NCBI GenBank assembly: GCA_963703955.1
Contig: CAVPGK010000013.1
Span: 156,015 to 220,014, forward strand
Source of the DNA: Nitrospirota bacterium
GTDB lineage: Bacteria > Nitrospirota > Nitrospiria > Nitrospirales > Nitrospiraceae
DNA length: 64,000 nt
Reading direction: 5' to 3'
Made by a program: the position numbers and the translations under genes. Shown one piece after another: positions 31,988 to 42,480 of the stretch; within the stretch, counting starts at the first letter, position 1; the number at the start of each line of letters is the position of its first letter. The notes under the pieces are model-generated. The model was not told the origin of the DNA and did not search any database. It worked only from the letters and a program-made list of their open reading frames with translations.

Positions 31988-32245
31988 TTAGTCGTCCAGG
32001 CTGCCCAGGGTCAAGTTGACGGTAGTTCCCGTCATCCCCCTCGCCTTATCGGAAGCCATGAAGACCGCCACGTTAGCCGCCTCCGCGAGCAGCGCGTAAG
32101 TTCTTAGCCAAAGACAGTGCGGCGAGGTAGCGAGAGATGACGACACCGTGCGATAAGTTGCCTCAAAGCCACCAAAGGCAGCTTCGTGGGAATCCGTGGC
32201 GTGCTGAGTTAGCTTGTAGCGGATATACTCAACGATCATTGCCAC
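31988..32245 (-). pseudogene. Chimeric remnant: ABM-like N-terminus fused to an SDR C-terminus
   Basis: MIVEYIRY...SPHCL joined to ANVAVFMASDKARGMTGTTVNL. Confidence 0.65.
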
Positions 32246-32299
32246 TCCTCCCCCAAAAGTGTTGCCCCCAACTGAGTGTTATCTGGTCCCGCACATCGC

Positions 32300-33171
32300 T
32301 CAGGCACATGCACCTGCTGCAAGCGGCATAGAAAGAATCAACCGTGCCACCTCGCCGGCTCATCCATTTGAACAAAGTGCCGGGCACCGGGCAAAAGAAA
32401 CAGCTCAGATGTTGGAAAGAGTTGATGAAAGCTCTGGGCCACGCCTTTATTCAAGTAAGGATCGGCATCACCAAAAATGATCCGCACGGGCCGTTTGAAC
32501 TCTCTCAGTGTGGGAATCATTTTTGAGCGCGATCGTATTGTTGGCAGCAAGTCTTCGTTCAACCTAAAGAACGCAGGACGAGTGCTTGGCATGGCATCGA
32601 ATTGTTGATACAGCAACGGTAGAAATTCGTCTCTGACATCTGCATCTCGGAAGAATCTCCCGACTTGCCACCGAAACATTCGATGGAAGATCAAATTACC
32701 AAACATCTGCGACACAGGCCGTGCGATACTTCTGACCAGAGGTGTGGAGAAAAGCCAAATCGCTTCTGGGGCTCGGAGCGTCGGCATTTCACAATAGTAC
32801 GTGTTCAGCAACACGAGCCCTGCGACGCGCTCAGCCTGGGCAAGTGCCCAGTCAATCGCCGGCGGCCCGGAAGCGTCGTGTGCTACAAGGACAACGCGCT
32901 CAAGCTGCAGTTGTTTGACCACGGCAGCCAACTCCAACACTTGGTTCGTGGCAGTGTAGGGATAACCGACCGGCTTATCGGAAGCCCCCCACCCAAGAAA
33001 ATCAAAAGCGACGATTCGTCGCGGTGGTGAGAGGTAGGGAACAAGGCGGTCATAAAGGTGCACATTATCGGGAAAGCCATGCATCAGGATAATCGTCGGT
33101 TCCTCACCCGAGTACTCTCGTGCGTAAATCCGATGTTGATTCAGTTGTACAAATTTCTCTTCGTAGTTCAT
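32300..33171 (-). CDS. Alpha/beta hydrolase (haloalkane dehalogenase/epoxide hydrolase-like), late frameshift
   Basis: HGFPD, DFLGWGAS, nucleophile elbow AHDASG, HFVQMDEP. Confidence 0.85.
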
Positions 33172-33354
33172 CACTTCACCCACAAAGGTTGCCGCCTAAC
33201 TATAGGTATGCTGCGGCTCAAACTCGTGAGACAGAGAGGTGGCATGGACGAGCTAATAACGTGCAACTCTGCAACCTCTGCGCAACCAGGCCCCCTGTGG
33301 ATGTTCCCCCCCCCCTCAACGCGCCTTATCCGTGAGGGCGCCGCGGTGCGCAGG

Positions 33355-34107
33355 TCAGTGCTCCATGTTCGGAAGACAAAGAACATCGCGATAGGCGCAG
33401 AGATCGTCGAGAAGAGTCTTCTCGTCAGCCATGATCTTGGTCTTTTCTGCCTCTCCGATGAGTTGGATCATGTAGCTTTGCTCAGCGATACCTTCTTTAA
33501 AAATGAACGGATAAAGAAGACTGGAATTTGGAACTGCTCCAATGTCTTCGTTCGTCATGTTCGGAGCGTAGAACATCAGGTGCGGAAAGGGCATGGTATG
33601 AACTTTCCAGTCAGGAAGCATCCATGTGCGCATGATCGGCGCGATCATATAAGATAAACCTGCTTTTTCTGGAACTTTATAGGTCTTGTTCTTGTAACGA
33701 TTTTCAATTTCAGCTTTCAAAGCAACAGGACTCATTCCTTGAATGCGAAGCGTGGCCACGTCCATAATGACTTTTAAGAAGCTCTTTGTGCCCTCGGCGT
33801 CGTAGCAGAGAGGAACATAGATGTCGTTGCGAAAGTCGGCCTGTTCCCAGGCAGTGCGCTCTACAAGACACGTCACACCACTCGTTCCCTGTCGGGAAAG
33901 TTGATAGCCCTTCTTAGGATCGAGAAGATAAACGGTTGCTTGGTCCCGCATTGCCGGAGGCAATGCGCTTAGTGCAAACTGAGTTTCGAGTTTGGCTGGC
34001 ATTTGCTCGATAGTTGTCTCAGTCGCCTGGCCTGGAGGTGCTGATATGCCAATAAGACTGATTGCGATGATTGGCAGGACCAATGTGATTTTCACGGCGT
34101 TTTGCAT
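33355..34107 (-). CDS. Exported hypothetical protein
   Basis: Signal-like N-terminus; ALSALP...A.VY.L...GY; SYM; PHLMFYAP. Confidence 0.75.
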   Translation of the reverse strand: MQNAVKITLVLPIIAISLIGISAPPGQATETTIEQMPAKLETQFALSALPPAMRDQATVYLLDPKKGYQLSRQGTSGVTCLVERTAWEQADFRNDIYVPLCYDAEGTKSFLKVIMDVATLRIQGMSPVALKAEIENRYKNKTYKVPEKAGLSYMIAPIMRTWMLPDWKVHTMPFPHLMFYAPNMTNEDIGAVPNSSLLYPFIFKEGIAEQSYMIQLIGEAEKTKIMADEKTLLDDLCAYRDVLCLPNMEH

Positions 34108-34474
34108 GTTGCTCTCCCTATACATGGTGTTGCGCGAAGCTTAGTCCCGATTCGCTACGAAACCATTTGCTGGTATCCAGTCTTCACCCATGTCTCGAAA
34201 TGCACGTTCGTACGCTCGCCGTTTGTACTGCTCTTGTGCTAGGGACATGGGTGGTGCCCTCATGAGACTATAAACATGTCAAAAAAGAGCCAGCAATTTC
34301 TGAGTCCGGAGCAGATTGCAAAGTCGTGGGCTAATACTCCTGCACTCTTTATGCGTAGGACTAGCGAACGCATGATCCAAGACTTCGACCAACTCAGTCG
34401 GCGAGGCAAGGTAGAACACACACCCATGGGGCGAAGTCGCTTCCGGACTATGGTGCTTCGAATCGGTCATGGAG

Positions 34475-35527
34475 TCACACCTGCAGGATCGTAGGAGTGC
34501 GTCTGCGGCAGCTTGTGTTGGGAGCAAGCATTGCCCGGACCGTGCGGCAGAATCCTCCCCAGGATCCGAAGGTATCGGCAACTGCGGAAGCCTCGTAGCC
34601 GCAGTGCACCATGCAGTCGGCGCACTTCTCATTCCGTCCGGTGCCATACCGATCCCAGTTTGTGCCGTCGAGGAGTTCCTGAAAGGTCTTCGCGTAGCCG
34701 TCCTGCAGGAGATAGCACGGCTTCTGCCAACCAAAGATGTTGTACGTCGGGTTCCCCCAGGGAGTGCACTGATAATCCAGGTTTCCCATTAGGAACTCCA
34801 GAAACAGTGGAGACTGATTGAAGCGCCATGACCGCTTACGGTTGCTGAGAATGTCGGCAAACAACGCGTGAGTTTTCTCTCGCTGGAGAAAGTGCTCCTG
34901 ATCCGGTGCTTTCGTGTAACTGTAGCCCGGGGAAATCATCATCCCTTCGAAGCCGAAGGCCATCATCTCGTCGAAGAGACGGCGAATCCGCAGGGGGTTC
35001 GCATCGCTGAACAGAGTCGAATTGGTGGTGACCCGGTGGCCTCGTTTGAGCGCGGCCTTGAGCGCGCGCACCGCCACGTCATAGACCCCGTCCCGGCAGA
35101 CGGCATGGTCATGCTCCTCTCGGAGCCCATCCAGGTGAATGCTGAAGGTGAGATATTTCGACGGCTGGTACTGGTCGAGCTTTCGCTCCAGTAAAATGGC
35201 GTTGGTGCAGAGGTATACATATTTCCTGCGTGCGACGATCCCGCGAATGATCTTCGGCATTTCCGGGTGAATCAACGGTTCCCCGCCAGGAATGCTGACC
35301 ATCGGAGCCCGGCATTCATCGACCGCGGCCCAGCATTGCTCCGGCGTTAGGCGTTTGTCGAGGACATGATTGGGGTACTGAATCTTTCCGCAACCCGCAC
35401 AGGCCAGGTTGCAACGGAACAACGGCTCGAGCATCAGAACCAGGGGGTACCGTTGGACACCCTTCAGCCGTTGGGTTAGGACATACCGCGCGACCGTGAC
35501 CATCTGAGACAGCGGAATAGCCATCAC
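34475..35527 (-). CDS. hpnH: Adenosyl-hopene transferase (radical SAM)
   Basis: YPLVLMLEPLFRCNLACAGCGKIQYP, CTPWGNPT, WQKPCYL, CADCMVHCGYE. Confidence 0.93.
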   Translation of the reverse strand: MMAIPLSQMVTVARYVLTQRLKGVQRYPLVLMLEPLFRCNLACAGCGKIQYPNHVLDKRLTPEQCWAAVDECRAPMVSIPGGEPLIHPEMPKIIRGIVARRKYVYLCTNAILLERKLDQYQPSKYLTFSIHLDGLREEHDHAVCRDGVYDVAVRALKAALKRGHRVTTNSTLFSDANPLRIRRLFDEMMAFGFEGMMISPGYSYTKAPDQEHFLQREKTHALFADILSNRKRSWRFNQSPLFLEFLMGNLDYQCTPWGNPTYNIFGWQKPCYLLQDGYAKTFQELLDGTNWDRYGTGRNEKCADCMVHCGYEASAVADTFGSWGGFCRTVRAMLAPNTSCRRRTPTILQV

Positions 35528-36579
35528 CTACTCCTGCCGATCGTATCCGGAAACCTCGCGCCTTGAACAGGAAGCCTATCACTCTGGTGGTGTGGGCTGG
35601 ACGCGAGCAATTCCGATCCTGCCTCACGCCGAGACGAGAGACCGTGATTATGGAGTAGATGTAGCGCGGCAACCAGCCGTGATCCATCCACTCTCGAGTA
35701 ATCAGGCGGGGACAGCGTTGCGGGAGCTGGGAGTTTCCCAAGCAGCCGCAAGAGTAACAGCACCGTTAGGGGAATGTAGATGAAGATGCCGGTCATGCCT
35801 ATCAACGGTTCATCGATCCAAAATGTGACGGAGAGGTTGAAGAGCAGGATACTGTAATAGAGGCCGCAACCCATCAGGAGGTTGGTCGTGACAAACCTCT
35901 CGGAGCGCACCTCTGACTCAGGCAGGTGACGATCGAAGCGAAAATAGATCACCAGGGCGATCACCCCAACCACCGCCCAGCCGAGATAGTTGACCAGAGG
36001 AACGCCGAAATGGAGGCCGGGATCGGGATAGTAGTAGATTTCCCCGAGAAACCATCGGTCCCCCCGTAAGGCTACGGGATCAATTACCATGTCGATCAAG
36101 ACGAAGAAGAGGGCGGTCAACATGCACGCCGGCCAACCGGTGCGAACCGCTCGATCAAGCGTTAGGGCTAGGAGCTGCCCGTTCCTTGAAAATGGGTTCT
36201 TTGCAGTGCTCTCACCGTGGGACGGGAGAAGAAAACTCAGCGCGAGGCAATAACTCGCATAGAGGAGCATGGCAAATGAGAGAGAATCTATGAACGGCAC
36301 GTTCGAGAGGTAGAGCTCTTGTCCGACCGTTGAACCGGTATAGTGATACCACCCGAAGGGAATCCCGGTACGAGTCGATGAGAACTCACAGCCAAAGGCG
36401 GTCAGCCAGACGACTGCGAAGAACAGACCGGTTCGTTGCCATCCGATCAGCCTCTCAGCGGACAAGAAAAATCCGGCGAGAAAGAGAAACACGTACGGCC
36501 GGAGCTGGACGGTCTGAACGAGGAGAGTCAGCGCGTCCAGCAATCCTGAATCCGGAATGTTGAATGCTGAATTTTGCAT
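35524..36579 (-). CDS. CruF/DUF422 (carotenoid biosynthesis) family membrane protein; start may be near 36543
   Basis: EFSSTRTGIPFGWYHYT, DMVIDPVA, FGVPLVNYLGW. Confidence 0.8.
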   Translation of the reverse strand: MQNSAFNIPDSGLLDALTLLVQTVQLRPYVFLFLAGFFLSAERLIGWQRTGLFFAVVWLTAFGCEFSSTRTGIPFGWYHYTGSTVGQELYLSNVPFIDSLSFAMLLYASYCLALSFLLPSHGESTAKNPFSRNGQLLALTLDRAVRTGWPACMLTALFFVLIDMVIDPVALRGDRWFLGEIYYYPDPGLHFGVPLVNYLGWAVVGVIALVIYFRFDRHLPESEVRSERFVTTNLLMGCGLYYSILLFNLSVTFWIDEPLIGMTGIFIYIPLTVLLLLRLLGKLPAPATLSPPDYSRVDGSRLVAALHLLHNHGLSSRREAGSELLASSPHHQSDRLPVQGARFPDTIGRSR

Positions 36580-36665
36580 GAGGAGGCCCATCATTGGAAT
36601 CACGATCCAGCTTCAAACCCTTCTTCTCAACCTTTGCGACCCATTTCAGGTCTCGTCTCCCTGAT

Positions 36666-38021
36666 TCACGACGGAAAACACTTTCCAAATGCCATCAATA
36701 ATCTTGGTGAGCCTTTGAGGCGGATCTTGCGCGTGAGTATGGCGACGACCATGCTCACCTCTTTCCGAATGAATCGGATCCACGTGCGACTGTCAGCCGT
36801 AATTCGAAGGTGAGGCTGTCCGACGTGGCCATTCTGAACCAGAATTGTCTTCTGGCGAATTATCACGCTGGCCTCACAACCTTCTTCACCGGTGAATGTA
36901 AAGTGGTATGTCGCGTCGAGACCTGCAGCCTGCTCGCGCTGGAACGCGTTCGGGAGACCAGCCAAGAATTGATGGATCGACCGCGGACGGAGTCCATTAC
37001 CGACCCGCTTGATGGTCTTCTGTGAGAAACGGCGACCCACGTGCACCTCCGCATCGGAGCCTGGCACTACATAGACCGTTTCCGGCTTGTGCTGGAGCGG
37101 CTTGACCACTTCGGCTATGTGACGCTTGGAATCGGTCAGGTAGGGCCCGATTACGTCCTCGCCGGCCGGACACACGGCGAGACAATAGGCCGCCTTGTAG
37201 TTGGCCCCGAAGGACAGGCTCTGCCACATGGAGGCTGATTCGGAGTCAGCGATCTTCTTATGGTACTGTTCGGCAGTCCTGCTGTCGGCAATCTGTTCGA
37301 CCCAGTCCGTAAAGCCGCCCATGAACTCGCGGTAGTTGTGGGTATAGCAGGAAGAGAAATCGAAATGGCCGTCCGCTCCGATCGCGCCGGTTGGGCAGGC
37401 AGCGACGCACAATTTGCATTCAAGACACGGATTGTAGTCGAGCGGCTTGTCGTAGCCGCTCACCTTCACGTCGATCAAAATGGTCCCAAGGAGAATGAAG
37501 CTTCCAAATTTCGGATGGATCACGTTGCGATGGATACCCATGTGCCCGAGGCCCGCGGCCACAGCGACGGGTTTGTGTGAGACGACCCAGACTTTGCCTG
37601 GGAAGCGATCCATCTCCATCGGGAATCCCATTGCAGGATTCGTCGCACGAACACCGTACGAATCCAGAACCGAAACGATCGTGCGCGCGACTTCATTGAC
37701 ATGATCGCCTGTGTGGTGAAATTCCAGATTTGCCACCGAACGCGCAGGACTGCGGATCGGTTCCCGGTTCATCCGGCAGACAAAGCTGATCAATGACCGG
37801 GTCTGCGGGAAGACCGCGAGAATGTCCTGACGATCCTTCGCCAGTTCCTGACGATCGACTTCGACAAAGCCTACATCGTCCGCGCCGGCCGCCAGGCACA
37901 GGCTACGAAGCCAGTCCGCGTCAATCGGAGCCGGCCGGACCACCGCCGTGCCAGAGGACCGTTCGCGATATCGTTTGACCGTCGGATGTTCGTCGAGTTT
38001 CACGACGCTTTGCCTCTTCAT
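36666..38021 (-). CDS. QueG/epoxyqueuosine-reductase-like Fe-S protein with a C-terminal SCP2 domain
   Basis: GADDVG, HK.VAVAAGLG.MG....IHPKFG, CLECKLCVAACP; C-terminal ATYHFTFTG...ITADS.TW...KIRLKG. Confidence 0.82.
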   Translation of the reverse strand: MKRQSVVKLDEHPTVKRYRERSSGTAVVRPAPIDADWLRSLCLAAGADDVGFVEVDRQELAKDRQDILAVFPQTRSLISFVCRMNREPIRSPARSVANLEFHHTGDHVNEVARTIVSVLDSYGVRATNPAMGFPMEMDRFPGKVWVVSHKPVAVAAGLGHMGIHRNVIHPKFGSFILLGTILIDVKVSGYDKPLDYNPCLECKLCVAACPTGAIGADGHFDFSSCYTHNYREFMGGFTDWVEQIADSRTAEQYHKKIADSESASMWQSLSFGANYKAAYCLAVCPAGEDVIGPYLTDSKRHIAEVVKPLQHKPETVYVVPGSDAEVHVGRRFSQKTIKRVGNGLRPRSIHQFLAGLPNAFQREQAAGLDATYHFTFTGEEGCEASVIIRQKTILVQNGHVGQPHLRITADSRTWIRFIRKEVSMVVAILTRKIRLKGSPRLLMAFGKCFPS

Positions 38022-38237
38022 CGCATCTCGCGCCAATAGGCGTGTACTGAGCCCATCACGCCCAGAAGCACGATTGTCCCGATCAGGTACAGGCCCCAGG
38101 GATAACCGATGACCGCCAAGGCGAACAGCACTGCAATGAACCACAAGCGCACGATGATGCTTTCCCTGATCGAGCCTGCGGTCGGAGTCAGGAAGCTGCC
38201 AATGGTATTCCTGCAGCTCCGGGGATAGATCACTCAT
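38018..38237 (-). CDS. Small two-helix membrane protein, probable early frameshift
   Basis: Hydrophobic ORF whose stop overlaps the next start (ATGA). Confidence 0.55.
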
Positions 38238-38244
38238 TCGCAAG

Positions 38245-38712
38245 TCACGTTGCCGGTTGTTCCAGACGACGATGTCGGCGCGCGAGCGATCGTCTCAGAG
38301 CAACAGGAACCACGCCCTGCTGGCCTTCCATCTCTGGTCTTTCGTGGTGTGGGCTCCTTGGTTCAGCAGAGGAATATCGGCTCACAGCACCTGGCTTCAC
38401 CAGCACGCGCAGCCATCCCACGAGCCACCACACTGAGAGGAAAAGCAAGCCGACGAGGCCCAGGACATACAACCAGGGAGCCAGATAAAGAGCCAGGAGT
38501 AGGATGGTCACGCTGACCTGCTCGTGCGCCTGCTGTGCCAAGAGCGCCAGGCCATCGCTGATGAAGAGCAAGGCGCTGGTGCTTCCTGCAACCCACCCCA
38601 TTCCTTGGAAGACATCGTCCCCACGAGTCTTGCTATTCATGTGACACCACTCGTCATTGGTGAGAACATGGGCTGTAGGCATCAATGTTAAGGTTCGTGT
38701 CTTCGGAATCAT
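38245..38712 (-). CDS. Hypothetical membrane protein
   Basis: ATG 38712 after GGAGG; hydrophobic central helices. Confidence 0.55.
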   Translation of the reverse strand: MIPKTRTLTLMPTAHVLTNDEWCHMNSKTRGDDVFQGMGWVAGSTSALLFISDGLALLAQQAHEQVSVTILLLALYLAPWLYVLGLVGLLFLSVWWLVGWLRVLVKPGAVSRYSSAEPRSPHHERPEMEGQQGVVPVALRRSLARRHRRLEQPAT

Positions 38713-38737
38713 GCTGGTGTCCTCCGGTTGGGCGTTC

Positions 38738-39382
38738 TCACTTGGAGCTGTCATCTTTCTTCGGGGGTGTGAAGGTCTCTGTTTTGCTTCGCAGTTTCTC
38801 GACCAGGTCTTCGTAGGACGCGGAACGGATAATCTTGGTGAACTGCCCACGATAATTGCTGGCGAGACTGATGCCATCCACCACGATGTCATACACACGC
38901 CACTCCCCGAACTTGTTCAGCAACCGATAATCCACGGGGAGTTCGCCTTTGCGAGAGATGAGTTTCGTCCGGACCTCGGCATAGTCCCCCTCGTCGCGCT
39001 CATTCAAGTACTGGATCCGTTCTCCTGAATATCCTTCAATCTTCCCTGCGTAGGATCTCACGAGAAGCTGCTGAAACAGGTCGACGAATTCCTGTCTTTG
39101 GGTCTCATCCAATTTGTTCCACTGGGGGCCCAGTGAGCGCTTGGACATTTCTTCATAGCTGAATCGATCGCCGATGATCTTGACCAGTTGCCGGCGGCGC
39201 TCCACCGCTCGCTCCGGGTTTTTCAACTCCTTGTCTTCGAGAACACGGACCACTTGATCGAGTGAACTCTTGACGGCCTCCGTGGCCGTGCCGGCAGCGG
39301 CTGACGACGATGTGAGAGAGACCACGAGACACAAAGCGATGGCAACGACAACCCATCCAATTCCTTTCTTTCGAGCGGTCAT
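38738..39382 (-). CDS. MlaC/Ttg2D/HpnM-family periplasmic lipid-binding protein
   Basis: Signal peptide; F.YEEMSKRSLG..W; VDYRL; WRVYDIVVDGISL..NYR.QF. Confidence 0.9.
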   Translation of the reverse strand: MTARKKGIGWVVVAIALCLVVSLTSSSAAAGTATEAVKSSLDQVVRVLEDKELKNPERAVERRRQLVKIIGDRFSYEEMSKRSLGPQWNKLDETQRQEFVDLFQQLLVRSYAGKIEGYSGERIQYLNERDEGDYAEVRTKLISRKGELPVDYRLLNKFGEWRVYDIVVDGISLASNYRGQFTKIIRSASYEDLVEKLRSKTETFTPPKKDDSSK

Positions 39383-39618
39383 GGAAGGTTCTCCTCTTGG
39401 TCTGACTCGTATTCTATAGGGCGTGGATGTGCTTCGGCCTTCAAGTAGAACTGCCGATCGTTCTCGAATAAATCGTACAAGCGCGGTGGCCTCACGAAAG
39501 AGAGCCAATCCATTTTTCTTGTTTTCCACCCTGATCTCCGTGCCGGTCCAGCCTGGACATGATGACGCGCGCGACGATCGGGACAAAATGACAGATGAAC
39601 ACGACCCAGCCAGTCCAT
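39379..39618 (-). CDS. Small hypothetical protein, first gene after the sigma54 promoter
   Basis: AAGGAG RBS; stop overlaps the next start; frame may be disrupted. Confidence 0.35.
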   Translation of the reverse strand: MDWLGRVHLSFCPDRRARHHVQAGPARRSGWKTRKMDWLSFVRPPRLYDLFENDRQFYLKAEAHPRPIEYESDQEENLP

Positions 39619-39719
39619 GGTGCCAACTCCTTTCTTCTGACCCGAGCGGAACCGATGACCTCTCGCCTGAACCCAATGCCCAGAGCGCCAGTCCGGTCTC
39701 CTCTAAAGACCACCATCGC

Positions 39720-39899
39720 CGATGACTAGCTCTTGACGCTAAGGTAAGGCATAGACCGTTCCAGCAATGAACCGATCCACCGCGGATCTGACAAGTGACG
39801 GATGGAAGAGGGGTTATGACGAATCGAATGCGGGCTCTGCGTGTGGGGTGTGACCAAGTGTCCGCGCCGAAGGAACGGCGCGGTGCCGAGGGATCGGCG
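39720..39899. repeat. 180-bp direct repeat, copy 1
   Basis: Aligns without gaps to 57657-57836; 18 mismatches by hand count. Confidence 0.92.
39749..39763 (-). promoter_or_regulatory. Sigma54 -24/-12 promoter
   Basis: TGGAAC-GGTCT-ATGC versus consensus TGGCAC-N5-TTGC; adjacent to a sigma54 activator gene. Confidence 0.7.
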
Positions 39900-42480
39900 T
39901 TACTGCGGGCGAGAGATCCCGAGTTTCCGCATCTTGGATTGGAGCGTCGTCCGTTTCATCCCGAGGCGGGTGGCGGCACCGGATGGTCCTCCAATGACCC
40001 AATTGGCTTCCCACAGTGCGCGTTCAATGTGTTCGCGTTCGGCCGCCTCGAGTGTCTCGAGGCCGTCCGTCGCAACGTCTTTCGACGCCTTCAACTCTCC
40101 GACGGGGACCTTAAGCTGGGACCCTTGAGAAAGGATGACGGCCCGTTCAATGAAGTTCTCGAGTTCGCGGACGTTACCTGGCCAGGAATATCGAATCAGG
40201 GTGGTCATCGCGTCAGCCGGAATAGTCTCAATCGGCTTGTTCATACGCCGGGCATACTTCTGCGCAAAATAACGCACCAGGACCGGAATATCTTCCGGAC
40301 GCTCTCGGATCGGGGGCGCAGTAATGGGGAAGACATTCAAGCGATAGTACAGATCGCTTCGAAATTGTTTGTCGGCCACCATTCGGCCGAGATCCCGGTT
40401 CGTGGCAGCGATTAGGCGGATGTCCACATGAATCGTTCGCGTGCTGCCCAGGCGCTCGAATTCTTGCTCCTGCAGAACACGCAATAACTTCGACTGCAGC
40501 TCAAGTGGAATTTCCCCGACTTCATCGAGAAACAGCGTCCCCCGGTGTGCTAACTCGAAGCGACCGATTTTTTGCGCGATCGCCCCCGTGAACGCTCCCT
40601 TCTCATGGCCAAAGAGGTCGCTCTCTAGAAGCCCTGTTGGAATTGCCGCGCAGTTGAGCTTGATGAAGGCCCGCTCCCGACGCCCGCTGAGCTTGTGGAG
40701 ACCACGAGCGACCAGTTCTTTGCCCGTCCCGGTTTCCCCCTGGATGAGTACGGTCGAATCCGTCGGCGCGACGATTTCAAGTTGTTTGAGGACTCGCTTC
40801 AGCGCGGGGCTTTCACCGACAATCTCTTCGAAGTTGTATTCGGTTCTGATCTCATCTTCGAGATAGAGCTTTTCTTCGGCGAGCTTGTCCTTCAGCTCTG
40901 CGATTTCACGATAGGCCAGGGCGTTTTCCACCGCGATGGCGACCTGTTGTGCTACCTGGCTCAGGAGATCTATCTCGTCCTGAGCAAACGCGTCCTCATG
41001 GCGACGACCCACATTCAAGGCGCCCCGGACGCGGTCATGGGCGAGGAGCGGGACACTGCAGAGGGTTTTTACCCCGCCATCGAGCAAGCGTTGGCAGACT
41101 TCCGATTCCGAGGCCATGTTCCTAGGTCTTGTTCTGTCAAGACCGCAGGCTTCCGGGTGCTAATCGCGATACCGGACGGCCCCTTGCACTGCGGCGCTTG
41201 CCCTTCTTCGATAAAACTGGTGTTCTTCGTAAAGTCGAGCACATGAACTCGGTACTGACGAGTTTCGGGTTCATACAACACCAAGCTCGAGCCGTCATGC
41301 TTGATGACCTTGCGCAGGCAGGCACTGACGGCCGTGAACACCTTGTCCAAGTCCAGATCGGAAACGACGGCATTGTTGACTTCCAGCAGAAGTCGCACGC
41401 GGTCCCGTTCGTGTATTAGTTGCCGCTGGACAGCCTGGGCGGTCTCGTCGTGCAACACGTTGTCCACCGCGACCGCGACCTGCTTCGCCACTTGCTGCAT
41501 GAAGTTGAGCTCCGCATCTTGATAGACTCGCTTCTGCAGGCTCCCGAATCCCATCGCGCCCAGCCGTCGTAACGCCGTGGTCAGAGGAACCACACAGAAC
41601 GATTGCACACCATTCTCACGCAGCAATGGGATCAATTTGGGGAAGCGGCTTTCTTTCGCGATGTCCACGACCATCAAGGATTGTTGAGTTTTCCACACCA
41701 ACCCTCCTGGGGATTCATCGACAGGCAGTTCCAGACCGGGGCTGATCGTGCTGGGTTGCGAGGTCACCAATAACCACAGACGCATGATATTGCGTTCGGA
41801 CTCATGCAAGACCGCGTTGATGAAATCGAACGGCACGATATGAGGGAGTCGTTGGGCGAGGTCATGAAAGAGCTCCCCCAGATCGCGGTGTGATGCAATG
41901 GATTCTGACACCTCCAGCAAGAGCCGTAACCGGTCACGTTCATGAGTCAGGTCTTGATGATGGAGGACATTGTCCACGGCGACTGCAACTTGTTTGCCGA
42001 CCTGCCGGAGGAATTCCAAGTCCGCCTCACCGTAGGCCTCCTTCTTCAAGCTTGCGAATCCCAGGGCCCCCAGCCGCCGTAGCGCGGTGGTCAGGGGCAC
42101 ATAGCAGAAGGAGTTGACGCCGTCCTCCTGCATGGGCTGGGTGACCTTTGGCCAACGAAACTCTTCGGCGATATCCGGTACGATGATCGGCTGCTGCGTT
42201 TTCCAGACCAACCCGGCCGGGGTCTCTTCGACCGGCTCTTGATGGCCACCCACGATGTCGGCTGGAATATTCGCCCGAATGTTGTGTAACTGCATCACGT
42301 TGCGCACAGGATCATGGAAGCATAGGGCAACAAAGTTGACATCGACCACGTGGAAGCCGATGGGCGAGGTCCTGGAGTAACGCCCCCGTCCAGATGCCTC
42401 GCGATGGACTCCGATACTTCTAGGAGAGCCTGGTACTGCTGGACGGACAGGCTGGCACGGGAAGTCGACTCACTTTCCAT
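39900..42480 (-). CDS. FhlA-like sigma54 activator (3x GAF, AAA+, Fis HTH), frameshifted near 42350 and 41110
   Basis: Three GAF repeats ending QVAVAV(D/E)[36 protein letters not shown]. Confidence 0.92.

Noticed and set aside
36546..36575. Heptamer-like TGAAT/GGAAT tandem run
   Set aside because: Only four degenerate units; useful only as a hint that the CruF-like start lies further downstream
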